From Octopus sinensis (Eukaryota), in NCBI RefSeq assembly GCF_006345805.1, contig NW_021827424.1:1-10363 (forward strand): 10,363 bases of DNA, in the 5' to 3' direction. The position numbers and the translations under genes are program-made. The stretch's first letter is position 1; each line of letters begins with the position of its first letter. A model generated the notes under the pieces. That model did not search any database, was not told the origin of the DNA, and saw nothing but the letters and a program-made list of their open reading frames with translations. Below are positions 1 to 9,601 of this stretch, in pieces.

Positions 1-27
1 TGTATTCCTTTTATTATTTTGAACAAT

Positions 28-141
28 TATCTATCTATATATATATATTATACATATATGTATAAGTGTATATGTATATATATATATATATATATACATA
101 TATATGTATGTGTATATATATATATGTATATGTATATAATA

Positions 142-183
<42 letters not shown>

Positions 184-345
184 ATGCTTGTATGTGTATG
201 TGTGTTTGTACGCACACAAGTATACCCAAATAAAAAATATGACATGCACATAAATTCATGTATGTATATAGGTATGTATATGTATGCATGTGCCTGCATG
301 TATGTATGCATGTATGTATGTATATATGTATATATGTACGTACGT
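28..345. repeat. Compound (AT)n/(GT)n/(ATGT)n microsatellite
   Basis: Directly visible low-complexity tract; explains the YI/HT/CV-rich ORFs at 19-399. Confidence 0.95.
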
Positions 346-743
346 ATTCTCCTATTAGATATAACTGCATCAAAGTCTGGTACCTCGAACAATGTGTAAT
401 TAAATCTTAATTACGATAAACATTTATTTCTTAATTGTATATGCTGCACATAATTCGTAAAGAACAGGGCTTAATTATGTTCGCAATATCAGTTCTGCCT
501 ACTTTATATAATAATATAACTTGGCATTTTATACGAGTTGTTATTGTTGTTTAAGCCGAGGTCGGCCCTAATCTGTTCCAGCTGTGATGAGAAGTAGTCT
601 CCTTGTCATTATCACGTCTTTCATTCATCTGCTCTTTATGTAGACCGAGCACAACTTGCCCTTCTTTGTACTTGGCTCAAAACATTTGCTCTGCCTTATG
701 CGCATATTTCGAATCTACATATAGTCGTCAGTGTCTGTTTGTA

Positions 744-744
<1 letters not shown>

Positions 745-800
<56 letters not shown>
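745..800. repeat. (ATCT)n = (GATA)n microsatellite, 5' flank of LINE copy 1
   Basis: 14 perfect ATCT units. Confidence 0.97.
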
Positions 801-1204
<404 letters not shown>

Positions 1205-1952
1205 CGAGAAACACGGGGCCGACCTGCCCGAGATGCGGTCAGAGCGACGAAACCGTTCTGCACGCACTCGTTCAGTGTCCAACAATTTCCGACCTGTGGG
1301 CTTATGTCGAACAACTGCTGTCACGTGTGGGACGAGTCGGTTTATCAGCTGAGTCTATCGTCAATATTGTCACGCCTCCTTCCTTCAAACGGGAAGGAAG
1401 AGCTATTTTCATCATCCTTGTGGCTATGGCGAAAGAATGTATCTGGTGGACGCGTCTGAAAGGATTGGAGACAACACACTTTCTCTCTGGTCAATCTCTC
1501 ATCAACTTCTTCTTCAAGTACCACTTGAAAAGGAAAGTGAGAGTAGAGAGCAAGTTTTTGTCTAGCGAATGTTTTAAAAAAAGATGGGTGAATGTAGCAA
1601 GAATGGCACGTATGAATGACGAAGCCACCTTGAGCATAGTCCTATGAACCCAGAAATCGAAAACAGAGAGTTGCTTATTTGCAAAAAAAAAACAAAAAAA
1701 AACAAAGAAATATAAAATGTGACTTCATTGACCGAGGTTACCGTGGTCTTTTCCGCAGGCTTTTCTTTCCACGGGTAAACCTCACCTGTCCTCCCTTTAC
1801 ACTTCATATTGACATTTCTGTGATAACGATCCCTATTGATCATTTTTTTTTCCTCTCCCCCCCTTTTTTTTTTTTTTTTTTTTTAACCCCCCTTATTTTT
1901 GTCCTTTTCTCTTCTCTCCTTTTACGATCCCTTTTGATCGAACCTCCCCCTT

Positions 1953-1992
<40 letters not shown>

Positions 1993-2064
1993 CCTTCAAA
2001 AGAAAGCTCTACCTTGTAATTTGTTCTATCTGTGTGCAGCCCTGTGTGGCTAATAAAGAAACAT
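1205..2064 (+). mobile_element. 5'-truncated non-LTR retrotransposon copy 2 (L1 clade, Tx1-like): ORF2 C-terminus plus ~417-bp 3' UTR
   Basis: Starts abruptly after (ATCT)n, carries the ORF2 zinc knuckle, then a poly-T/poly-C-rich UTR, AATAAA and an (ATCT)n tail. The Tx1 subgroup call rests on remembered similarity of the C-terminal segment and is not database-confirmed. Confidence 0.85.
1207..1647 (+). pseudogene. LINE ORF2 C-terminal fragment (zf-RVT-like CCHC zinc knuckle), no start codon
   Basis: The frame of the 1327-1647 ORF stays open upstream: [50 protein letters not shown]...KKRWVNVARMARMNDEATLSIVL*. C-x2-C-x8-H-x4-C with ET-x-x-H and a downstream W is the L1/Tx1 ORF2p knuckle pattern. 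Confidence 0.88.
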
Positions 2065-2187
2065 ATCTATCTATCTATCTATCTATCTATCCATCTATCT
2101 ATCTATCTATCTATTTATTTATGTATGTCTAACTATTTGTTAGTCTGTATGTCTGTCCTCTATCTATTTCTATCTATCTATCTATCC

Positions 2188-2227
<40 letters not shown>
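2065..2227. repeat. (ATCT)n array with the duplicated 35-bp island; direct-repeat partner of ~1015-1204
   Basis: Same order of landmarks as the left flank: ATCC, 5 ATCT units, ATTT.., island, ATCT units, ATCC, ATCT units. Confidence 0.93.
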
Positions 2228-2229
<2 letters not shown>

Positions 2230-2536
2230 ATAATATATTTATCTATCTGTCTAGCTATTTGTTTCTCTCTCTCTTTCTCTATCTACCTATCTATTGATAC
2301 ACATTTATATAGACGCACACACATATACCTATATGTGTATGTACTTTTATAAGCTATTGCCAGGCAAAGGTTGACAGTTTAATAAACATTTCCTCTACTA
2401 AAATGTATCCGGTATTCCTTCAGTTTAATGTTAAATTTATTTTGTACATAACTTGACAAAAATACCAAAATTATATGCGTGCGTGTGCGTGTGTGCTTTG
2501 GTGCGTTTGCCTGCCACGTGTGTGTGTGTGTGTTTG

Positions 2537-2890
2537 TACTGGACTTGCTGCAGTCATTGAACAGCCGCCATACAGGTGCACTTCTTTGAAGGGCTTTAGT
2601 TGAATATTTTGACCCCTGTGATTATATTCAAATTTTATACTTGTCCTGTCGTCCCTTTGTGCCGAACAGTTAATGCTACGGGAGGATTGTCAATTAGTGG
2701 GGTGGGGAGGGAGGCAAACACAAACACAAACATGTATTCAGGCAGGCTTCAACAGTTTCCGTTTTAGAAATACACTCAAAGGGCATTGGTCGATACGGGG
2801 CTGTTAGAATAAAACTCTAAGGCAAAATGCCGCGCGGTGACACTGAACCCGAAACCACCTGGCTGCCAAGCGAGCTTCTTATTCACAGTG
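2537..2890 (-). mobile_element. Degenerate tRNA-derived SINE (second family, CORE-like body)
   Basis: Minus strand reads TAAGAAGCTCGCTTGGCAGCCAGGTGGTTTCGGGTTCAGTGTCACCGCGCGGCATTTTGCC...GGAAACTG...CCCGTAGCATTAACTGTTCGGCAC...GGGGTCAAA...CAATGACTGCAGCAAGT; B-box-like GGGTTCAGT; resembles an abundant octopus SINE from memory. Confidence 0.65.
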
Positions 2891-2896
2891 AAATGT

Positions 2897-2927
2897 TTAT
2901 ATATATGTGGCATATATATACATATAT

Positions 2928-2977
<50 letters not shown>

Positions 2978-2999
2978 GCATGCGTGTGTGTGTGTGTTT
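2897..2999. repeat. (AT)n/(CA)n/(GT)n compound microsatellite
   Basis: Directly visible. Confidence 0.95.
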
Positions 3000-3032
3000 A
3001 CACAGGCAGATAGACAGATAGATAGATATATA

Positions 3033-3179
3033 TTTCTTTACTACCCACAAGGGGCTAAACACAGAGGGGACAAACAAGGCAGACAAAGGGATTAAGTCGA
3101 TTATATCGACCTCAGTCCGTAACTGGTACTTATTTAATCGACCCCGAAAGAATGAAAGGCAAAGTCGACCTCGGCGGAA
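3033..3179 (-). mobile_element. 5'-truncated tRNA-type SINE with LINE-like 3' tail, followed on its strand by short (ATCT)n (3008-3028)
   Basis: Minus strand: TTCCGCCGAGGTCGACTTTGCCTTTCATTCTTTCGGGGTCGATTAAATAAGTACCAGTT...GGTCGATATAATCGACTTAATCCC...TTTAGCCCCTTGTGGGTAGTAAAGAAA; same body as the SINEs at 4111, 4348 and 5022. Confidence 0.85.
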
Positions 3180-3673
3180 GAGAGAGAAGTCTTTGCCTTC
3201 ATACGCAATTGTGGATTTGCAGTTATCTTGTAAGCCGTTGCTTCCTCCCGTAGCTTTAGATTCCTGTAATGAAGACCATAAACACCATTATGTACATATG
3301 GATATCTTCAAGTATAAACATTTGCCATTATATAATTGTGTACGTGTCTACATATGTCTTCCTATATTGCCTTTCAAACACCCTTCGCTTCTTAGCGCCA
3401 GCTTCAACTCTCTCCACTTACGTCTCCCTATTCGTCGGCCGATATCTACCTTCCTGGCTTTGGCCTTAAGCTCTGTGCTACTTACAATTCCTGGATGTAT
3501 ATATATGGTATATACAGTGTTCAGAATACTTTTACCAGATTATAAATACATGAGTGTTATTCTACAGTGGAGAGTACAGATTAAAAGAATGAAACTTTTT
3601 GAGTTATTTCCACATTTTAACACACTGTATCAAGAACTGTAATGGCAAAACTCTTTAATTTACTTCTATTAAC

Positions 3674-3700
3674 CTCTCTCTCTTTCTCTCTCTCTCTCTC
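3674..3700. repeat. (CT)n microsatellite
   Basis: Directly visible. Confidence 0.9.
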
Positions 3701-3719
3701 AAATCTGCATTGCTGTGTT

Positions 3720-3989
3720 ATCATCAACAACCCACGAACATTACTTTCTCAAGCCATGGGGCTCATAAGAGTATTTACCGAGTTTCAACAGTTCATATGA
3801 GACCGATATTGATTACGATATTTACACCGAACGGAACGCCATTCTGTCATACGGTAAACCATTTGGACTGGAACCACATGTAATGAAGTGCTTCACTGAA
3901 AAATAAATGCACTGCCTGGCTCGGGAATCGAAACCGCGATCTTGAGATCGTGAGTGGAGCATCCAAACTCCTCGGCCACGCACTTTCAC
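3720..3989 (-). mobile_element. tRNA-derived SINE (third family)
   Basis: Pol III A-box TGGCCGAGGAG (3968-3978, minus) and B-box GGTTTCGATTCCC (3923-3935, minus) at tRNA-like spacing, followed by a non-tRNA body; 3' boundary approximate. Confidence 0.7.
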
Positions 3990-4110
3990 TTCCCAAACTT
4001 ATATATAAAAAAAAAGTGAATACCACTGAAGTGGCCGAGCAAATGAAATGACATATTCTGTGTCGCTGCCCACTAAAGGTTGACATTTTGTGTCATTCTC
4101 AACCATTATA

Positions 4111-4330
4111 AAGGCGGTGAAATGGCAGAATGGTTAGCACGCCGGACAATATGATTATCAGCATTTCGTCTGTCTTTACCTTTAAAGTCCGAATTCCGCC
4201 GAAGTCGACTTTGCCTTTTCTCATTTCAGAATCTATAAGATAAAGTAGCATTTTGTGCCCTGTGGTCGATGTATTCGACTTAACCCCCTCCTTCAAACTT
4301 ACTGGCCTTCTGATTCCATTTGAAACCATT
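4111..4330 (+). mobile_element. tRNA-derived SINE (GTCGACTTTGCC-body family)
   Basis: Head AAGGCGGTGAAATGGCAGAATGGTTAGCACGCCGG (A-box TGGCAGAATGG), body GTCGACTTTGCCTTT...GGTCGATGTATTCGACT, tail ...TTTGAAACCATT. Confidence 0.85.
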
Positions 4331-4347
4331 ATCAGAAAGCATGATAT

Positions 4348-4567
4348 GACGGCGAGGTGGCAGAATCGTTTGGACGCCGGGTAAAAAAAATCCTTAGCGC
4401 TATTTCGTCCGTCTTTATGTTTTGAGTTCAAATTCCGCCGTGATCGGCTTCGCTTTTCATCTTTCGATGTCGATAGAATAATAGCAGTTGAGAACAGTGA
4501 TCGATGCAATCGATTAGCCCCCTCCCTCCAAATTCCAGGCCTTGTGCCTATAGTAGAAAGGATTATT
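4348..4567 (+). mobile_element. tRNA-derived SINE (same family), head-to-tail with the previous copy
   Basis: A-box TGGCAGAATCG 4358-4368, B-box GAGTTCAAATTCC 4424-4436, tail CAAATTCCAGGCCTTGTGCCTATAGTAGAAAGGATTATT. Confidence 0.85.
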
Positions 4568-4800
4568 AGTAACCATTATATACTACAAAGTAATGTTGTA
4601 CGACTAAGATGGATATACTTTCAATATTTTTCAACTGGTAAAAATTAAGTAAAAATCGGGTTTCGTCGGCTGGTGAATAACCCTACTTCAAAATATGTCG
4701 TAGAACTTTTTTGGAATATCAGTCGCCCACCAGATATGAAGAAATTGATGTTTATCCTTCAATTTTGATAGATTGAGAAAGAAGACAAGTAGAGAAAGAG

Positions 4801-4804
<4 letters not shown>

Positions 4805-4835
<31 letters not shown>

Positions 4836-4848
4836 AAGAGAGAGAGAG

Positions 4849-4890
<42 letters not shown>
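4805..4890. repeat. (GA)n microsatellite
   Basis: Directly visible; explains the RERERE ORF at 4773-4970. Confidence 0.96.
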
Positions 4891-4891
<1 letters not shown>

Positions 4892-4996
4892 GATGATGCT
4901 TATTTTGTGGACAAATAATTCGTCTGTGAAACGCTTATATTACACGATTATTGCCAACACAGACCATTAACCAATTTCCTTGGATTCCAGAGACTT

Positions 4997-5017
4997 CATC
5001 ATCATCATCATCATCAT
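4997..5017. repeat. (CAT)n microsatellite just upstream of a SINE
   Basis: 7 CAT units. Confidence 0.9.
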
Positions 5018-5021
5018 TATT

Positions 5022-5232
5022 AAGGCGGCGAGCAAGCAGAATTGTTAGCACTCTGGACGAAATGCTTAGTGGTATTTCACCCGTCGCTAAATTCTTAGTT
5101 CAAATTCTGCCGAAGTCGACTTTGCCTTTCATCTTTTCGGGGTCCACACATTAAGTACCAGTCAAGGACTGGAGTCGATGTGATCTACTGTCTCCTTTCC
5201 CTCAAATTCCAGGCCTTGTGCCTATGAAAGAA
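5022..5232 (+). mobile_element. tRNA-derived SINE (same family) ending in an (ATT)n tail
   Basis: AAGGCGGCGAGCAAGCAGAATTGTTAGCAC...TAGTTCAAATTCTGCCGAAGTCGACTTTGCCTTTCATCTTTTCGGGGTC...CAAATTCCAGGCCTTGTGCCTATGAAAGAAATTATT. Confidence 0.87.
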
Positions 5233-5265
5233 ATTATTATTATTATTATTATATTATTATTATTA

Positions 5266-5332
<67 letters not shown>
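5233..5332. repeat. (ATT)n microsatellite (SINE tail; flank of the 558-bp element)
   Basis: Directly visible. Confidence 0.96.
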
Positions 5333-5890
5333 GAGTCAGAGAGCAATGCATGTCATCAAAGTGACACTGGGGTAAAATATACAAAGCTCAGTATACCCAT
5401 CATGACTACCCGTCTGATAAGGGTACACCAGACACATGCATCACAACCATATGTGCGCGACATGGTGATCTCATATCAAGATAAACAGCACATGACCTTG
5501 CAGTTGGGACCCAGTTAGAATTTTCTTCTGGTTGAGTAGCCCATCCCGCTCAAAAGGTCCCTGAATAAGGGTTGTTTAAGGATCTTGAACGAAACACCCA
5601 TGTTTCCAGAGGTGAATTATTCAAACCCCAAAGAATCCCTCTCAACACATGGCTATGATGCTCCCCCACTACTTCTGCTCGTGATCAGAGATGCACATAT
5701 CGTCAGCCACTAAGGGACATGCTCAACTCGTTAAGGTCAAACAACTGACAAGCAAATCTGTGGTATTGAGCAGAATATTGGCTGTAGCCCATCTTTTATA
5801 CCAAGACAAAACAATGTACATGATAACACTACCAATCAGTTAAGATCATAAGCCATGAGAGCCACTGCCTGGTACTGCATCAGGGCATTT
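5333..5890. mobile_element. 558-bp non-coding interspersed element embedded in (ATT)n/(AAT)n; probable non-autonomous retroposon
   Basis: Complex, more GC-balanced block with sharp boundaries and (ATT)n on both sides (5233-5332, 5891-5911); no ORF, no TIR; resembles a repeat I recall from octopus sequence. Orientation unproven (minus if the AAT tail follows the 3' end). Confidence 0.6.
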
Positions 5891-5942
5891 ATTATTATTA
5901 TTATTATTATTGTGGTCATTGTTGTTGTTGTTGTGTACCTTT

Positions 5943-6384
5943 CACAAGTGGCATAAGCAGAAGATCCTAGGATTTTGTCTCAAACAAATCTTGAGACTAG
6001 TGTCTTGTAATGCAGTACAAAACAAAAAGTAAAAAGGAAAGCATCGGGTGAACAAAATCAAAAGATATCGATTGAGTGAAATCCGAAAGGAGTGAATACC
6101 ATGGGAGTAAAGGAAAAGATGAGGTTGATAATGAGTTCGAAAGAGCAATCTTATGCGGTAAGAAGCCATGTGAATAAAAGGGCTTAGGACTAATGGGAAG
6201 CTCAACTAAGAAACGATGCCCCGAGAAAGAAAATAGTGTAACACGTTTAAGGCACGAAGTTCATCAGATTAATGGCAATAGAAATGCCTGTGGAAATGAC
6301 GGAAGGATGACACGCTTCGACGATGCGCTAAATACGCCAAACGAGAAAGCAGAAGAGGACACCGTGTTAACAACTCGATTCTGA
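5943..6384 (+). pseudogene. Possible highly decayed LINE (RTE-like) ORF2 C-terminal remnant
   Basis: Broken peptide pieces QKILGFCLKQILRL..VQNK, NKIKRYRL, SHVNKR, QLRNDAPRKK and NRNA..MTRFDD loosely follow the order of RTE post-RT motifs (CLRxILxI..W..V.N, RRLRW.GHV.R, GRPRKR, DR..WR). Many stops and frameshifts; judged by eye only. Confidence 0.3.
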
Positions 6385-6589
6385 ATTCGCTAAAGCGTGT
6401 TAAGACGTAAAGAGAAGGTACCAACCCAAAGATGACGGCAATATTCAATGCCAGGCAGATGGCTTTCAGTTAAGCCAACAGTCAAACCCACATCTGACGC
6501 GGAAATCAAATTCTTGGTCTGCTGACAGCATTGAGCGAGCTGACGACGCCAGTTACTTGGCTATTATTTTAATAGGAACCTGTTTAGGT

Positions 6590-7150
6590 TAAGTACTTGA
6601 TAAACACTTGCGAAACACACATACAATCCGTATTCTCTGTATTTATGCTACACTTGAATATTAGATACTTTGTAAACACTTAGAGAGCTTTAATTGCTAC
6701 TTTCTAACATTAGTACCCTATTACAGTTTCAATTTTATTCAAGCTAAACGCTTACTAAACACCTGCTAAACACACTCTTCTACTTTGTATCCGATAGAAT
6801 AATTTTTAAGCAGTTTACTATTAATTATTTTTAACATCGTTATTATTATTGTTATATCTCTCAATAACTAATTATGATCAAGCTAAACATTCGTTAAACA
6901 CTTGTTAAACAATTTCTAAACACGTAGTTACAGCCGAGATAAAACATTTATGTTGGTGTAGTGCTAGTATCGTTATCTATCACTTATTGTGTTCAGGCTA
7001 AACACTTGTGGCTAAACATGTGGTAAATAATTACTTCTCTCCAGCCGCCTTGTAAGAAGCAATTACTATTAAAGTTTAACATCGTTACAGTATTATCGAA
7101 TTATCTATAAGTTATTGTGTTCAAGAGGAACAGTTGTCGTTAAACACAGT
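6590..7150 (+). repeat. Degenerate higher-order tandem array: ~115-140 bp units containing 11-bp TAAACA(CTTG) subrepeats
   Basis: TCAAG/TCAGG anchors at 6739, 6878, 6993 and 7121; TAAAC(A/G) at 6745/6756/6767 and 6884/6895/6906/6917. Confidence 0.7.
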
Positions 7151-7175
7151 ACTCTCAACTACAAAGATTAACAGT

Positions 7176-7310
7176 GTTTGCTAACTTTGGCACAGGGCCA
7201 CGCATTTTAAAGGATTTGTCTAATCGATTTAAGCAGACCCAATACTAGACCGGTAATTATTTTATCGATCTCGGAAGCACGAAAAGTAAAACTAAATAAA
7301 ATCGACCCCA
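7176..7310 (-). mobile_element. Degenerate SINE fragment (GTCGAC-body family)
   Basis: Minus strand: TTCCGAGATCGATAAAATAATTACCGGTCTAGTATTGGGTC...AATCGATT...AAAATGCGTGGCCCTGTGCCAAAGTTAGCAAAC matches the body and tail of the 4111-type copies. Confidence 0.6.
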
Positions 7311-7369
7311 ATGGGACTTTAACATAAGAATGTAAAATAGAAGTAATTAAACATAGGAAAACCACCTTT

Positions 7370-7772
7370 GGTGCCGTCTAACATCGTACCATTTCTGGCC
7401 TGAATTGCTCTTCCTGACTGCAACATATTAATCTGCCAAATACCTTGACGAAGACATTTACTTTGTTCAAGCATTCCACTCTTTCTGTCCTCAACTGCTC
7501 TTTCCTGATCAAAGGTTTACACCGTCTAACCCCGCTACTATACCGACTACAAACTTGTATTTACTGCCAAACAGCTTGACTGAGATATTTAGTTTATTCA
7601 ACCATTCTACCGTTTGTGTTCTCGACTGCTCTTTCCCGGTCAAGCGATTTAGACTGTCCAACCCCGCTACAGTAGCAACTATAAAACTTCTATTTACTGA
7701 TCAATATTCTTTCCAGCATCTCACTACTTCTTTCATCAGCTGACCTTCCTGGCACATTCAGTCTGTCTAACA
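7370..7772 (+). repeat. Degenerate ~131-bp tandem repeat (about 3 units)
   Basis: 7466-7575 aligns with 7597-7706 (TTCAA.CATTC..ACTGCTCTTTCC..TCAA..GTC.AACCCCGCTAC..AAACTT.TATTTACTG); partial earlier unit near 7426. Confidence 0.7.
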
Positions 7773-8022
7773 CACTCTTTCCTAACCTACTTTCCCCCAG
7801 GCCCCACTATAACTTTTCAGTGGTTGGTAGAAAACTGCATTTTTAATATTCTTCATCACAACCAATTTAATACAAAAGACTCTACCGGTAACTGTTTTGT
7901 CTCGTACTGAGTACAGAAAAAAGTACATTATTGAATAAGAAAAAAAGGGAATCACTTTAATGAGATCCATAATTTTTTATGGCCCCACAGGTGGAGCGCA
8001 TGGCCCAAGTTGGGAAACAGTG
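7773..8022. mobile_element. 250-bp hAT-type (Charlie-like) MITE
   Basis: TIRs CACTCTTTCCTAACCT (7773-7788) and AAGTTGGGAAACAGTG (8007-8022) match 13/16; 8-bp flanks GTCTAACA (7765-7772) and GTCTACCA (8023-8030) match 7/8; GGCCCCA subterminal motifs at both ends. Confidence 0.72.
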
Positions 8023-8911
8023 GTCTACCACAATGGTAGCCTCCGCCCTTCTCATTAGTGGGGTTTTATAAATGCTTTTTCACGGTGTTTTACGAACAAA
8101 TAAATATATATTATACTTCAAATTATTTTAATCCGAGTAATTAATTGTGCGCAGTCGTTTAATATTCATACAAAAGAAAACGAGGACTTATGTAACTAAT
8201 TATATTGGACAATAGTGCTCCATTCTCAACCGTGTTACTGCTCACTGAAAATGCAATGTACTCCTCATGTTCTCATCGCATCAAAGGAATCATTGAAGAC
8301 GTGTTTTGAAATACAGTGTATTGTACCTGATGTATATTTTATTTCTAATAAAAATCATGTAACTTCTAAACACCCAACGCTTCAATAGACCTGACTTCAT
8401 AATTGCTGCCCTCTCACGAGCTCACAACGCCAACAAGAGGGTACCACCTACCATATTAAGAATCAATGGTAAGATATCTTTCACTTTCGGTTATAAAATA
8501 CAATTTCTATAGAAAGACAATTATCCATACAACACCCAGCTATTTCTATGCTCAATTACTCCTCCTGACCAAAGTTTTCAATCTTCTAACAGACGCTATC
8601 ATCAAATGCTTTATGTAAACAAGACAATGAGCTCCTGCAACAGCCCTGAATTTATGCTATTTGTTTACCCCAAGTCAACCATCATTCTGTGTTCTTTGCA
8701 CTCAAATAAACCTCTAGATCAAGATATCGTAAGTTACAGGTGTTCCACCCAGGTGAGCGTGATAGGCCAAACCAATAAAAAACGGACAGTCTGTTTGTCA
8801 CCAACCAGTAGATATATAAGTCTCTTTTCCTTTCGTTCAACAAAAGTGTTTGGCAATTTAAGGGCCGATCGGTTGATTTTCATAATTGTCCAAGTGACTA
8901 GATTACGGCCC

Positions 8912-9116
8912 GCAACGAGTTGGCAGAATTCTTACAGCACCCACGGAAAAGCATTGCGAAATTGATCGTTCAACAAGTCCTAAGTTCGAATCTCGTCGAA
9001 GTCAATATTGAAAGATATGCGTTAGCTACGGATAAAATGAATGCCTGTCATGTACTGAGGTCTTTTTAGCTGATATTTTTCCTCACCCAACTTCAAGTCT
9101 TCATGTAATGCTCTAG
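8912..9116 (+). mobile_element. Old, degenerate SINE (same head family as 4111/4348/5022)
   Basis: GCAACGAGTTGGCAGAATTC...AAGTTCGAATCTCGTCGAAGTCAA...GATAAAATGAATGCCTGT...GTACTGAGGTC; A-box-like and B-box-like motifs; followed by (AAT)n. Confidence 0.6.
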
Positions 9117-9360
<244 letters not shown>

Positions 9361-9464
9361 AATTGGCGTCGTTGATATATAAGGTATTGAAACAATATAT
9401 TATAAGTATAATGGAATATTGTAATAAAATACCGCAAAACGTACGGCCACAATTTCATTAAACT

Positions 9465-9526
9465 ACCACTACCACCACCACCACCACCACCACCACCACC
9501 ACCACCACAACAACAACAACAACAAC
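9465..9526. repeat. (CAC)n-(CAA)n compound trinucleotide repeat
   Basis: Directly visible. Confidence 0.95.
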
Positions 9527-9601
9527 TCCTACTACATTTTCATAAGGCATTTTACAACGTATAACTTTTGAAATTCAGCTTCTATGACCATAAATTCGTT
9601 G

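Noticed and set aside
19-399. Four overlapping ORFs of 72-126 aa
   Set aside because: Translations of (AT)n/(GT)n repeats (YIYI, HTHT, CVCV); the lack of stops is a repeat artefact.
1574-1990. ORFs 1574-1843 (minus) and 1679-1990 (plus)
   Set aside because: They lie in the LINE 3' UTR and are driven by poly-T/poly-C tracts.
3193-3642. 149-aa ORF with a TTG start
   Set aside because: No recognisable domain, non-ATG start and no convincing splice sites; I cannot exclude a small exon without RNA-seq.
3923-3989. tRNA-like A/B boxes as a true tRNA gene (likewise 4111, 4348, 5022)
   Set aside because: No complete cloverleaf or acceptor stem, and each continues into a SINE body; these are tRNA-derived SINE heads.
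3847-5154. ORFs 3847-4086, 4099-4509, 4773-4970 and 4951-5154
   Set aside because: Chance frames across SINEs and (GA)n/(CAT)n repeats.
5794-5800. TATAAAA on the minus strand inside the 558-bp element as an internal promoter
   Set aside because: A single AT-rich heptamer with no supporting evidence; expected by chance.
6193-6384. 63-aa ORF as a functional small gene
   Set aside because: No homology signal; better explained as chance or as part of a decayed LINE remnant.
8606-8965. 119-aa ATG ORF with nearby GTAAGT/GTGAGC donor-like sites
   Set aside because: No recognisable protein motif or matching acceptor, and its 3' part runs into a degenerate SINE. A spliced RNA-seq alignment would settle it.
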